Source: Spongospora subterranea f. sp. subterranea
Taxonomy: Eukaryota
Direction: 5' to 3'
Assembly: GCA_049724395.1 (NCBI GenBank)
Contig: JAUGWO010000020.1
Location: 1-64,000, forward strand
Length of the DNA: 64,000 bases
Part shown: positions 50,985 to 64,000 of the stretch, one piece after another
Layout: the number at the start of each line of letters is the position of its first letter
Numbering within the stretch: the first letter of the stretch is position 1
Position numbers and translations under genes: made by a program
The notes under the pieces: model-generated
Told to the model about the DNA's origin: nothing
Databases searched by the model: none
What the model saw: the letters and a program-made list of their open reading frames with translations, nothing else

Positions 50985-52290
50985 ACTTTTACCGAACAGG
51001 ACAGACGAGCTGCTTACCAATCGATTTTAGCGCAACAACAGCAAGGACGCCCCACGAAAAGTCGACTTTTCCCAAAGTTGCTGCGGTTTCCGGTGTCAAA
51101 CCCAAAATGACCAGCAGGAGCTGGAAGGTGAACCAGGAATCGATTGCACAAGGATCGGCTTCCGCCGATGTTTTCGTCAAAAACAAAACATCAGTTGCGG
51201 CGGGAAGCCCCAAAGTTCGACCCGGAGAGGGTCAAGGCGGTCCCAATGAGCCAAATGGAAATCTTGCTGCTGCTATGGAAGCTCCAAAGAGCATTGTGCA
51301 TCGCAAGGTTCAAGACGGACAAGGTTGCCACTGCAGCACATTGAAACGTTCACTCTTCAACCCAAACCAAACGGCAACGTCTAGAGTCTGCTTGTCCAAT
51401 GTTGACCAACCCTCCAATGTTTGCAGATGTGTTAAATTGCATATATGATGATGAGAAGTGGCTTCTTATCATCAAAGCAGAACTATTATCTCTGCCCCGA
51501 CCAGCCAGAACCATTCCGTTAGTGCAAAAACGCAAAGCGATTTATCGAAAGGGTCATGTTGCTGGCTGCTGTGGCTCGAACACGGTTTGACCACAGTCGG
51601 AATCAGAAGTTCAGCGGCTCCAATTGGAATATGAGCCGATTCTCGCAGCTTAAAACTGTGCTGGCGCCTCATGATTACGAGCCTGGACTCGGGTTGCCAA
51701 TACACAAAGCTCAGTATTGTTATCCACCGATCTACCTAGATTGTGTGTGTGTGTGTGTATTGGCAACCCGAGTCCAGGCTCGTAATCCTGTTTGGCCCTT
51801 TGTAAGATATGATCCTGCCTAAACGGAACAGCAGGACCCGGGCAGTTGGGACTTTGGTGATGAAAACTTATTAACGGAACAAAAGAGGTTTAAAAAATAC
51901 TTACTGGACACGGTCTTCCCTGCAATTCGAGAAAAATGGCCTTGCCGAAGAACAAGTTTGCAAATCTTTGATCAACAGGATAGCGCAATACCTCATATCC
52001 TTCCACATGATCGGGCTTCTCTTCAGGCTGCTAGTTCTTCAGGTTGTGATAATCGTCTTAGGTGCCAAACATTCTAACTATATATGAACGTCCTCGGCCT
52101 GGGACCTTTCAACGCCATACAATCATTGCAGCACCTGACGGCATTCAAACCTTTGACGACCTTATTCAGGTCAACAACCATAGCTTTTAACGCTCAGATT
52201 GATACATAAGACGTTGAAAAGCGTTTGCAAAACTTTGCAGCAATGAATGAAATCATGATTAAAGGTTGATGAATCAAAACACTTCAAAAG
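50985..52290 (+). mobile_element. Decayed DD39D (plant-type) mariner-like transposase
   Basis: IYDDEKW, VMLLAAVARTRFD, IG[insert]WPFV, YLLDTVFPAIREKWP, QQDSAIPH, MNVLGLGPFNAIQSLQ, with several stops and frameshifts. Confidence 0.85.
51673..51787. repeat. Perfect 34-bp inverted repeat inside an insertion of about 160 bp in the mariner relic
   Basis: gattacgagcctggactcgggttgccaatacaca (51673-51706) / tgtgtattggcaacccgagtccaggctcgtaatc (51754-51787); a (TG)n run adjoins the right arm. Confidence 0.95.
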
Positions 52291-52755
52291 GCAGTCCCTT
52301 GACTGCCTCTGCCCCAAAAGAATTGTCCGAATGAGTTTTGGAATAGCCCAAATCATTTGTTTTTCTTGATTCGTTGTTATTATCCTACTATCAACAAGCT
52401 CTGAACACGATAAATTAGCCCCAACCTACATTGTAAAGATACTGGAAAACAGTTGTGTTGTTCATGGGACTGCTTTCTCAGTAGTTGACACCTAATACGG
52501 GTATCAAAACCTGAAGAATTAGCAGCCTGACGAGAAGCCAGACCGCTGCAGAAGAAGTGAAAATGGCGCCAGGAGTTGGCCAGTCCTCAGACTCTTGCTC
52601 CACTCACAGCATATATACACTACATTGTACCGGCCAGGCGAAAAACATGCATACACTCAAGTGTATGAAATTGAAAGAAAGCAGTTAGGGACAATTTCAC
52701 CCCGATATTGCGTGGTCCTTTGGAAATTCATTCAAATGAAAAGAATGTGTTTAGA

Positions 52756-54799
52756 ATGGCTCTCACGACAGATCGTCCGGACTGGACTGCAATTCGAAGA
52801 ATAGGTTAACGACCTGGTGACAAAATAGTTCCCGAACACTCCGGTGCTGGACTATGCCAGCGAAGCTCGTGGTGATCGGTATAATCGTATGGGAACCTGA
52901 CTCCGATAGTACGAAGTCGATCATAACGCAGTTGACGAATGTCATTCGATTTCAGAAATGTGATCAGGTCGATGGTTTCTATGAGCGATTCGATTCTGAA
53001 CACAATGTTCTATATCTTCTGCTTCAACACGATCTAACCCTAACTCATGACTTATGGTTACGACGATTACTAACCCTCTTCCTCACATCCAATCACATCT
53101 ATTGGCTATTTCCCCGTCCGCGAATCAACATAGATTCGATTCGACTTCTTCGCTCATTACAATCGCTTCGTACTCCTTTGAAAGAACTGTGCAAATCCTT
53201 ATCGCCGACCCTCTCGTTCGTTTGTCAATCCCCGTCGTTTCCCACCGACCAGTTAGCTCTCAGATTTCGCGCTCATCTGGATGGTTCCGTTCGTTCATTG
53301 ATCTCCCCGATCGCCAGTGATCCTGCTCCGCTTTTCACCGTGCCAATGCTGAAACCTATGCTGGTTTCTCCGCCGATTCCAAAAGGAAAACCCAGCCGTG
53401 AACAATCAGCGCAATTGAAAAGGTTCCACCTGATTGCACCATCGATCGTACAGGCTGTATTATCCCGTCCTAATTCCTCACTTTATAATTCTATTGACGC
53501 CTGGAGGATTTCATCATCTACTGTTCACGACGTAGTTTCAAATAAGGTTCCGTTGGTCGTTCCGGTAATGGCAACCGTATCACGCCTTTTTTGGGATAAT
53601 CTGCTCCCAGGCATTGTTGACTCCGCCGTCAGAAGATATGTGGATTTATGTCCATCGGGCTCATACGGAAATGATATTCACCGCGTCAGTTCTGACGACG
53701 CCATCCAATATGTGCATAATTCAGTCCCTTTACATGTATTTGTTCAGCTCGAACGTAAGATTTCGGATTTTTGAGTTTTTTTGATTTATGAAAACGTCAC
53801 CGGTTGGATCATATTTTTTCTCCTTTTGTGATCGTAACAGTTCACGCTTTTAACACTATTTTCTTAGCGGCTCTTCGCCTTCAAATTGATGCGATTTGGA
53901 CAAGGTCTGGACGAAGGCTATGTCCTGCGGTTAGCCTTACAGGGAGGCTTTGCACTCATTCGTTCCATCGTGTGCCTGGCGCTGAGGTGCCCCCTGCATA
54001 TGGTGATCTTATGGAGCGGTGTCATTCAAGCGGGTTCTCAACGATGTGCTCGTGCAATTGTGGCAGGACGCAACAGTCCTTACCCGATCCGTTTGATATT
54101 GATGATGCGAGTAAATGCGGTCTGTCCTTACCTTGCTGCGAATCGTCGCACATAGCGTCGTCGGACGAGTGGCATTATCACAAGTCTGAAGGTCCACCAC
54201 AGGGAGAAGTCTCCTTCCAAGAATGGCATGTCCTGTGCGATGGTGGCAAGAAACAAGAACCGATCGGGATAATTTTCGAATTTGAGTGTGATTCAGGACA
54301 TCGATTTATCCACAACGTTCACGATCCCCTGGCGAAATATGTGACTTCTGCCGAGTCTATTCCCTATGCATACTATCCTCCTCAAGATGTACCTCTTTTG
54401 TTGAAATGCCATGAGTGTCGCTATCTGACAAAGACGGCGATTGCTCATCTCAGGCATATCTATGTCCGCGCTTCATCGACTCCCCCATGCTTTACCCCAC
54501 AGATCGTCATACGATATCGTCGACCGGCACAACCACGTCAGCCAAACCGGCGTCACGCCAATAGCCGAGAAACCGACGACAACATCGACATGATCGCGGA
54601 TATGTCATTGAATGGGCTTGCGTTGCCACCGCTAACAACGGTATCCATCGCTATTCCATTGGCGTTCAGATCTTCTCGCCCAGGTAATAGGGCCTTCATT
54701 CCTGACTCCAGTCACGAACTTGCACTGGAACAAGGAGTTTTGTACTACCCAGGACGTAAATCATCATCTATCATAGACAATCCAGATATATTTCTATAA
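52756..54799 (+). CDS. SMG8: Nonsense-mediated decay factor SMG8-like; start approximate
   Basis: GRRLCPAVSLTGRLC..H, HSSG..CSCNCGRTQ..DPF, IGIIFEFECDSGHRF. Confidence 0.8.
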
Positions 54800-55031
54800 T
54801 TCGAAATACATATTGTAAAACATACTACCCAAAATTTATTAAGCAGTCGACTGATATTGGACAAACCATCATTCAAACGTTAATCGCTACGAAGCCATCA
54901 TTTCTTGATTAGCCAGGGTTGTTCAGATTAGCGGGGAAATTTTTGATTTCCTTTGAGTTTTTGGGGGACACTATGACGAGTTAACCGGTGAAGCCATAAG
55001 GATTAACCGCCAAAGCGGTATCAATCTTGAA

Positions 55032-55652
55032 ATGTTATCGTACCAAGATGTGGAAGCTATGAAAACACTGTTCGGCGTTGATCGCGAAGGCGATCAGGGG
55101 CAGCTCACAGAGCACTCGTCTCCGTCCGAGTTCGAGGCCGTTGCCAAAACGGGAGAGGAGCTGCGTCACGAATCAGGGCAGATTTGGTCACCGGATGAGG
55201 TGTCGACGGATCCATTGGCGTCGCAAGACTCGTACGATGGGCGCCCTGAGCCAAGTTATGACATCAAATTGCTGCAGAATCTATCCGCAGAAGACACCTA
55301 TTTTGGACTATCAGGCAAAGACCTATCGTCCCGCAGGTACAGGACATGTTGATATTTGGCCCAGAAAAGGATTGATAGTTTTGCAGCTGCGACAGTTTGC
55401 TGATCACAATCGCTGTTCCGGATGAATGTGTTGAAAGTATTGACCTCGATCTGCGTCCCAACCGGTTATTATTAAGGTCCCCCAAATAGTAAACGATTGT
55501 GCTTTGTTTTTTGGGGGGTTATCAGCCCTGAACTTCGATTGTACAGTAAACTGTTCCTGCATCTTCCGCATACCGTAAATGACGCCAAAGGCGACGCTGC
55601 CTTCGTAAATGGGGTATTGAGAGTGGTGCTGCCTGTAGTACATGACGAATGA
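55032..55652 (+). CDS. PIH1D3: Dynein axonemal assembly factor PIH1D3/DNAAF6, 3 exons
   Basis: DGRPEPSYDI..Q..SAEDTYFGLSGKDLSS, SCDSLLITI, IDLDL, LFLHLPHTV, LRVVLP. Confidence 0.85.
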
Positions 55653-56046
55653 TGAATATCTTGGTGATGTTCATTGTCTGGATGTGACGACGCACCGCTA
55701 ACGAGAGCATCCGAATTCGCAGAACGAGCCTGATATCGGTTTTTCCTACAATTTCAATAAAAAAGTCAAAATTATGTCTTGAATACCCAGCAGCTTCATG
55801 TTAATGGGTCTGTGATCGAGTGGTCAATGGCATCAAATGTGCAACTGAATTATAATGTTCTATCTGAACCTCTCTCAGTCACGGCCCATAGAGAGCTCAA
55901 ATTGAATCGCTTTGCGTCATTTTTAGTTTTTACACGCTGAAGGTCAAGAGATGTGCGTGCGAGCTTTGACGAAAGTCCGCTGCGGACTCCGTGGTGACGT
56001 TGCATTGATCCTCTGAAAGCCAAACTGGTTCAGGCGGAAAAACCCG

Positions 56047-59000
56047 ATGGCGATGGATCTGCGCGTCAAGCGCCTGAACCGCCTGGGTAAAGGGGCACAG
56101 CGTCTAAAATATCAATCGATCAGTGATCGGATTCAATTGGTCAATGTCGATATTCACAGAAGAATGGAACGAATTGACGACAACAGGTGATGACTGTTAT
56201 TGCAGCGAAATGTTAGGCTAGCATTAGTGATTCGTTCCCCTTCGTTCCCTTAGACTCGCTGTCGACGATATGGGATCGACATATTTTGCAGAATCTCTGT
56301 CGTCTTGGGCTGAACTCAACCTCACGGCATCGTTTTGCGAATTCCATTATGAACTACGACAGGTTTCCAAGGGAGAATCTCTGCCCCTCCTTTTGCACAA
56401 TCGTGGAAAAATGGTGTCCATCATGATCGACCATATGTCTCGATCTGACTCTCAGTGCCGTGGTCCGTTTCCATGAAACTTGGTCAATTGTTTTCATTAA
56501 GCTGTGTTCAGAGGCTCTTGTCGACCTGTTATCAGTACTGGCCCGTGATCTTCGCGGCGAATTCATGCCTGAATTTTCTCGCGTTCTACTGGCGTTGATC
56601 GAGATCCTCGACCCAATGCAACCGGTCCTACTGGAAGCCATTTTCACCTCAATAGCAACCATGTTCAAGTTCCTTCTCAAGCAATTGGTCGTCTCGATTC
56701 AATCGCTATATACTGACGCGTACTTTCGTCTATTGACGCACTCGAAGTTGCACATTCGCGAATTCGCCGCCGAGACATTCTCGTTTCTTCTGCGAAAGGT
56801 ATTGATCAGACACTGGAGTGTATTCAACAATGACGTAATCCACACGAATGCGTCACGATAATTTTCGTCGTATCGTGAGCGCAGTCCATGAAATTTGGTT
56901 TGACGCACTTACGGCAGTTATTGGGTTTTGTTACAGAGTTTGCTGTTTATAACTAAAGGACACGTTTTCGTTGTTATGACGAGCCACGTTTCGTTGTTAT
57001 GATCAGAGACACTTTTAGGTTACCTGGAAGGGATTTTAATGGGAATACTGATGGGAGTGCTGTCGTTTTAGGTTCATTCCGATAACAGGGCTGAATGCAT
57101 CGCCACCATCATCGGCTGCGGATCGAGTGATGACACATGTCGTGACGCCGGTCTGGCGTCACTGTTCTTTTATACTTTCAAAGGCATCGGACGAGCGTTT
57201 CACAGTTGCATGCCTCAGATGCTACCATTAGTTCTTGGTGCATGCGCAGATCAAGCTCCCGATAGTGATCAAATCGTCTTTCAACTGTTAACGCGGATGT
57301 GTGAAACCACAGAGCGCCAATTCTCGGATTCTATTTGCGAAACATTATTTGGGCACGCACAGAAATCGTTTTCTCATCCCGCGTCTCGTCTTCAATCCAT
57401 ACAATCCCTAACGATTTGGATCGCTCATCGCCGTGGTTCACGGGTCACCTCCTCCATTATGTTGGCTACTGTGATCAAGTATATAATTTCGTCTTCTGTT
57501 GGCGATGATCGCGAAGAAATCTTACGTCTGATTTCAGCATCACTGCTTTACACAGATGTTGATCCGGCCCCATTGTTATCCGGCGCATTTCAGACGTTGA
57601 ACGCGTCTGTTTCAGAACTCGTAACTTTTGTTGAATCTTTGGTCGGCTCTTGCAACGAGACTGTGCGACATCTGGTCTCGTATCAAATTCAACGTCGGTC
57701 TAATCAACTAACGTCAATCGCCGAGGTGATGAACCTTGTCAGTTCAGGTACACAAACTGGTTGTTGTGTTTTTGGTCATTAAACGCAGCATTGTAGCTAA
57801 TTCAACGGGAACTAACCCTTCGGATGTATGTCAAATCAAGCTATCATCTGACCATTTATCGTCTTTAAGTATGGCGATACGTGATCCAAATTGTGCCACC
57901 TCGACTATTCGAGCGATTCGCTATCTCTCATCCCATCAGCTCGAGGATGATTTGAGACAGTGCGCCTCTACTATTCTAAGTTATGGTTCTTGTACTGAGA
58001 CCTTATATGAGGCACTAAGAATCCTCGAGGACATAAACCCTTTCACAATTCTTATTGTAGAACGGTTGATGTCGACGCCTGATGATCTAATGACGTTACG
58101 ATGTGCAAGTCTTGTTCCATCTGATCATCTACCCTCATTTGAATTGTTAGCAAACAAGCTCCGCACAAACCTATGGTCGTTCTCACATGCGATTCGAGCG
58201 TCTTCAATTGGGATATTGGCATCCAGAGCATCATCATATAGTGATGTTGCCTCAGAGTTACTCAATTTGATGGAGAATATTTCTAACTCGGTAAAATATG
58301 TGGAGTTTGTCGAGTAACATCATTATCAGAAGTAACTGACGCTAATTTCTGTTAGGACACAACGATTGCTGACGAACGTGACGTTGGAAGACTAATTGGC
58401 TTAGTGGCCGCAATTGGTCTTCGCCCAGACCTTCCCCCATTTTTGCAATCAATGGTGGTGCCATTTTTTATAGGGGTGTTAAGGTACTTTGGATTCTGGT
58501 TCACCATCAGTCCATTTGACGGCTTTATAGAGTGAAATTTCGGCTGTTTTGGCCCCCAGTGCAACAAGCTCTTGCCTCTTTGCTGCATATTCATGCTCAT
58601 GCCACGTTGTTTCTTGAAGCACTAGAGAACGCCTCTGCCGCCTGTTCGGTGATTTTTTCCGCTAATCGTCACACTGAATCCTCCAGCGAATGCACTGATC
58701 CTCAGGTAATTTTACTTTCCTGTGATTTGGATTGTTCTAAACTTCCATGTAGACTATGTTTTCATTAATAATCAATGCATTATTACTGCCATCTTGCAAT
58801 GCGATCAACAGTCAATCATTCCAGCTTGGTATTTTACTTTGAACAAAGGGTTTCGAAATAGAAAACTAATGACGACTGTAGGAAAACTAATTTCTTCTTT
58901 CATCACTGAGCAATACTCCGCTGTTGTTCAAGAAAAACGATGCCGCAATCGGCCATTGCTGGTTAAAGACGGAGAGCGCCGCCTTCATCAACAGACCGTG

Positions 59001-62000
59001 CTCTGGATGAAAGGTAAATCCGTTTTTGTGTTTCGTGTTCTGTCGTTTATACTCTTTAGTTTTGTCAAAGATTCGAAAGCCGTTTTCACTGCCGTGTTCT
59101 GATGTGATAATTGATTTCATTTCTCGGATGCAAACAAATCCCGAGTACGAGCTCCAGAAACTTGCAATCGAAACGGCTTTGCAGTATAAAGACCCTGCGC
59201 TGGCTCTTCACAAAGACCTCTTGCTGGGTTTATGCGATGAGAATGCCATCCGAGAACAGATGACCCTCTTTTCTCTTGATAGGTAACCAACCGTTGGCGT
59301 TTGCAGTTTTCTCTCATGACAACTTCGTCAATAGATGTGCAGGAAATATTTTGGACGAGCACCGTCCTTCGTTGCTCCCGGTTATATTTCGCCTCTTAAT
59401 GCCTCGATTATCAGCAACTAAGGCTAAATTAGCCGGCCGACGTGTCGCCGTCCTCACTTTTGTCGGCTGTGTTGATAATTGTGAACTGGAACTTTTCATT
59501 CGCATCGCTTTAGGCGAGACTATGATTTCCGATCCATTATCCAATCGCGTTTCGATTCAAACAAGGTATTTTACGACGTCTTAGTTTGTACAGCACTGTC
59601 GATATCAGTTTATCTCAGATTTATTGATACGCTGAAGTTGTTACTGAACCGACTTGGCGATCGCCTTCACTCATCATCTTCCGCTCTTTTGAGCACACTC
59701 TCTCACATGATTGCTCATCATGGCTCTGCACTTGACCTTCCTGTCGATAATGTCGTCGCCGAAGGTTTGCATATACAAGGACTTATCACTAATGGGTCTC
59801 ATTTTTTTGTTTAGACGAAGTTGCTGGAGGTGGGATTGCCTCGCGCGAATTGTTGCGTCGAGTTTTCCATGTCACCTGTCGCTTTATCGACGCCTTTCCA
59901 TCTCCGTTTCTTCTTCAGGATGATGACAGAGATCGTATTCTGAAAGTCACTCAACTCTGGGCTAAGCGTATGCCACAGGAGTTAACCCAAGCCCGTTCTG
60001 GTAATGTCATCTATCAACCGAAAGTCACTGTGTAGTGGTTAATATTTGTAATCTGTTTAGGCGTTCTAGATTTGATACTGTTATTTGCGGAGCATGAAAG
60101 TTTACACTCGATACTGGTTCAGCGGCCAATTCTCGTCGAACATACGTTCGCAATGTTAGCTGCACGAAACGTCAGCAGTGACGTAGTCCAGGCAGTTGTT
60201 GGGTTTGCCATCCAACTGATAGATAGTTGTATTCTATCAGCTGCTCAAACACACCTCCTCATGTGCAGTCTATGCACTTTACTGCAAGGATCACTTCAAG
60301 CTGCTCAAGTAATCATAATTTGTCATCCATTTTGATTCACATCCCTTTGGACCTCGATTGATTTTGTTATAGATTCCTTCATTAGCACTGGGTCTTTTGT
60401 CTCGTTTGACACCCCTTGTCACCGCTTCGGCATCACTACCAGACTGCACGACTCTGTTGAAGCTGTTGATCCCATTCACGCGTCATGCGTCTCGCTCTGA
60501 TTTTACGCTCAGTAGTTTCCGGCATTGTATCCCTCGTTCCATTAGGTATCGAGATGACTATCTCTCTGATTGCCGATCTGACTTCGTAACAGTTTGCTCC
60601 AGTGACGCTGTCTCTGCCTATTCAACAATTCATCGTCTCTTGCTTACAAGCGAGGATACTGATGTTCGAAGCTCCATATGTCAGATGGCCTGCCTTTTAA
60701 CGCTTAGCGAGGCCCAATTACTCACTGATCTCAACTCGTTCACCGTTATCAAGCTGGTATCATTGACCTTCAATGTTTTCTACGAATTTAAACGTCTGTC
60801 ATTATAGGAAGCGTCTCCTGATTTCGAATTGCGCTCCTCCGCGTACAGCACTTTGTCAACATGGCCTGATGACACCCGTAATTCTTCGTCGTTACTCTCT
60901 CATATTCTATTCGATATTCGTAATCCAGGTAACGATACTGATGTTTTCGGGCTCTATCCACGCTCATCTCTTGGTAATCGCCTAGATGATTCTTTGCGAC
61001 GACACGCTGAATACTGTTTATGCCAATGGCTAACGACTACGTCTTCATCGTCGCCGTCGTCTTGTCCTATATTGTTACAAACTTTAGTGTTTCCTCAGTT
61101 GCGATTGAACCTGTCCAAGGTCCGCAACGATAAGGTTCGCCGATCATCGGTTGAGGTAACCACTTCGTACAATTAAAACTCGCCCAGCTTGTCCGATCCG
61201 TCATCCCTAGGCGCTCGCTGTGCTTCTCTTGTCGTTTCCTGGTGAATTTGCGGATATGTCAGTTTTGATATCTGCCGAGGATCGTGAAGTCGATATTCTT
61301 AGGAATTTAATTCATATACAAGCTCATCGACAGCGTCGAGCTTTTGCTCGCATTCGAGCATCATCAGATCACGGTCTGTCAGATTTTACTATGACCTTTG
61401 GGTTTCGGTTAAATCTAAATTTTCAGGGCTGATTACGCCGCGATGCGCATCGATGATATTGCGGCCATTATTATTACAGTTTGTTTACGCTGCGTCGACT
61501 TTAGATTCTGCAACATCCGATGAAGCTATTCGTACGCTAGGAGCTGTTCGTGTTACTACTTGGTCATGTAAAAGGGCGGTGTTCATATTGTTTGTCCTCA
61601 GGTTGCCGGAAAGCAGTCCTGGCCACAATATCGTCAGACGTTAACGCAATTGGTCCGGGCGTTGAAACGGCATCCGACCCAATCTAAATCACTGATCCGC
61701 GCCACTTGCTCTGTGATCGACGGATGGAGTTATGGGTATGAGGTTGAGGATGTTCCGAAGCTTCCAGATAAAGATGACGAGCCAGTTGATGAAGAAATCG
61801 TCGAGGAAACAATAACTGATGAAAATATTGTTTCGGCTCATCGTCGTTCAGCGGGACGGTATCTCTTACAGTCCGTTTTGCCGTATTTGTACGAATACCT
61901 ACAAGAAGGAAATGTGATTCGCGTTCCTGTTGCTATGGCGATTGTGAAGTTGCTCCAACGCCTACCTGAATCTGGTATGACATTAGTCGCGCTTTGAGGC

Positions 62001-64000
62001 TCCTTATACTTACAAGTTTGAAAGTGTTGAAAACTCGATTGCCGAGACTAATTTCGCTTATAATGGGCAAACTTTGTGACAAAGATCAGCGAGAACGTGA
62101 TTCCGCCAGAAGCACTCTATGTGAAATTTCAGTGACTCTTGGCTCTTACTATCTCCCTTTCATTATCAACGAGATGAGGCATTTTCTTAAGTGCGAGTTT
62201 TGGAAGCTTCTTCTTTGGTACATGTTCACAGTTTTTCAGGGATGGTTTTAGGGTGCACATCATGGGGTTCACTCTCCATTCGTTACTAAACAAACTGGTA
62301 TCGGCGAACGAAGCAGGTACGGGCTCCAGCGGTTGCTCAAAACATCGAGGGAGTAAATTTTATTGATGACAGGCGTGCTTGATTCTTCTCTCACCCTGGT
62401 GTTACCAATCGTGGTTGGTGATCTCTTTGTTCCCACGATCGATAAACCGAAAGAAACACGGGAAGCGAAGCGACCTCAATCCTTATCCACAGTTGAGATT
62501 ATCGCCAGTAACGTTACCTTCAATCATCACAACCTCAACGAGATCGTAGATGCTATCAAAGCGTAACAGTCGACTGCATGCTGTCTGTTCTTTATTTTGA
62601 CTTCGGAAAATAGGAGACTGGATGAAGATCCTTCTGTTGGAAATCGGGAAACGATGCGCCATGCAATGTTTCGTCTACAAGCAGGCCTGAGAAAGAATTC
62701 AACTGTTACACTTAAAGGCGTGTTCGTCTGCGTGTACGGGTTAATTCAAAAAAACCTTCCTAAACCAGTGGAGCCACAGGAAGAAAAGGTGGGTGTCATC
62801 CAGCTAAATGTATGCTAGTTGATCATTAACCCACTGGGTTAGGTTAACGTGTTACTTGAACGAAAAACCACTGCAGATGAACATGTCTCAGTACCCAAAA
62901 CACCAATGCGTGACTTGAAACTACGCCAAAATAAGAGCAAATCGTCTTCTAGTGATGTTATGTTGACGTTTGCATTGCATTTGTTTGAGCAAACACTGTC
63001 TGATTATTTAAACTCTTCGCGAAACCGCGGCAATACGATCAATATCAACGATGCTAATGCCGAAAATATTGTTGCCGAAGATTATTTTTCTGGCGATAAC
63101 AAAGAACTTGAATCGATAAGGTCATTATGCGATCCTTTTCTCGCGACTTTACATCAATGCGCATCTCAAAGTTGTTCCCCGGATGTGATATCTATATCCG
63201 TCAAAGCGTTTTGTGCTTTGCTTCAGGTTCCCAGCGGTGTCCCTTCGTTACAACTCTTTGCCCCCCAGTTCGTCGCAATCATGATTGAAGGAGCGCAAAA
63301 TAGTAAGATAGTCCTTGGCGGAAAAGAAAGGTTGTTCAACGTCTTGTACAGGCTCGTCAGAGCACGCGTCTATATGTTTACGAGGTCTGACTGCACTGCT
63401 TCGGCGTTGTGATGCATACGAAATGACGGAGGCACACTTGCTTATATTGTTGGAACTTGTTAAAACCCGAATTGAAGATGTCGCTAGCGCGTCAGGTGGC
63501 TTAGCTTTGCTAAAATCCATCTTGTGTCGCCGGCTGCTATCTTCGGGGCTCTATGATCTAATGGAACGTGTCGTTACCTTAGTAGTAGAGGTCGACGACC
63601 CCGTTGTTAAACGCCACGCTCACCAGAGCCTGATACAGGTATAGCTTCTTAATGTTCCCTAATCAACTCGCTTCTCATATCCCCATCAGTATCTACTCGA
63701 TTATCCCCTGTCACCTAAGCGAATTGAGCAGCATCTTCGCACGTTCATTACCAATCTCTCATCTTATCAGCATCCTCATGGGCGAATGGGTTAGTTAGCA
63801 CCAGCAATCTGTCGAATTGCTTTTTACTAAATGCTGTTAACCATAGCATGCGTGCGAATGTTGTCTTTATGCGTATCCAAGTTTCCAGCGTGTACTTTGG
63901 ACCGTTATGCCTCGTTGATTTTTATGCCCCTCGTCACTCGGCTTGTGAACGAGATTTCTCGTCCGTGCCGCGACCAGGTCACGGCTCTCATTTCTCTCCT
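56047..64000 (+). CDS. UTP20: SSU processome component UTP20 (HEAT repeat), truncated by the window end
   Basis: LKYQSISDRI..VNVD, STYFAESLSSWAELNLTASF, LARDLRGEF, HIREFAAETFSFLLRK, HIQAHRQRRA, RVPVAMAIVKLL, ERDSARSTL, FRVHIMGFTLH. Confidence 0.92.

Noticed and set aside
56960..57002. Tandem duplication of about 20 bp (cacgtt(t)tcgttgttatga) in the UTP20 locus, and short microsatellites at about 14820 and 38133
   Set aside because: Ordinary slippage products with only two units; not CRISPR-like.

Overview
Gene-dense eukaryotic DNA with many short (about 45-70 nt) GT-AG introns. Chitin synthase, an axonemal dynein assembly factor and the compact intron-rich layout suggest a zoosporic protist such as a plasmodiophorid (inference, not confirmed). 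Recognisable genes are a PLC-like phosphodiesterase, AGPS, mitochondrial ATP synthase beta, a RING protein, a SENP/Ulp SUMO protease, MPLKIP-like, FAM136A, an SH3 membrane protein, MED1-like, a fatty-acid elongase, FIG4, a SAM methyltransferase, PheRS alpha, chitin synthase, a complete TERT, UROS, SMG8, PIH1D3/DNAAF6 and the 5' part of UTP20. Between these genes are islands of decayed DNA: LINE RT and APE pieces, a chromodomain, a Mutator-like transposase, a DD39D mariner transposase and an orphan RAD51 last exon. The most striking unexplained signal is eight clear short-loop inverted duplications (foldbacks) plus one smaller hairpin. Their arms are mostly unrelated to each other, and they are confined to these relic islands, which suggests a recurring foldback-generating process or hairpin-RNA 'killer' loci. 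Exon boundaries were read by eye and are approximate where stated.
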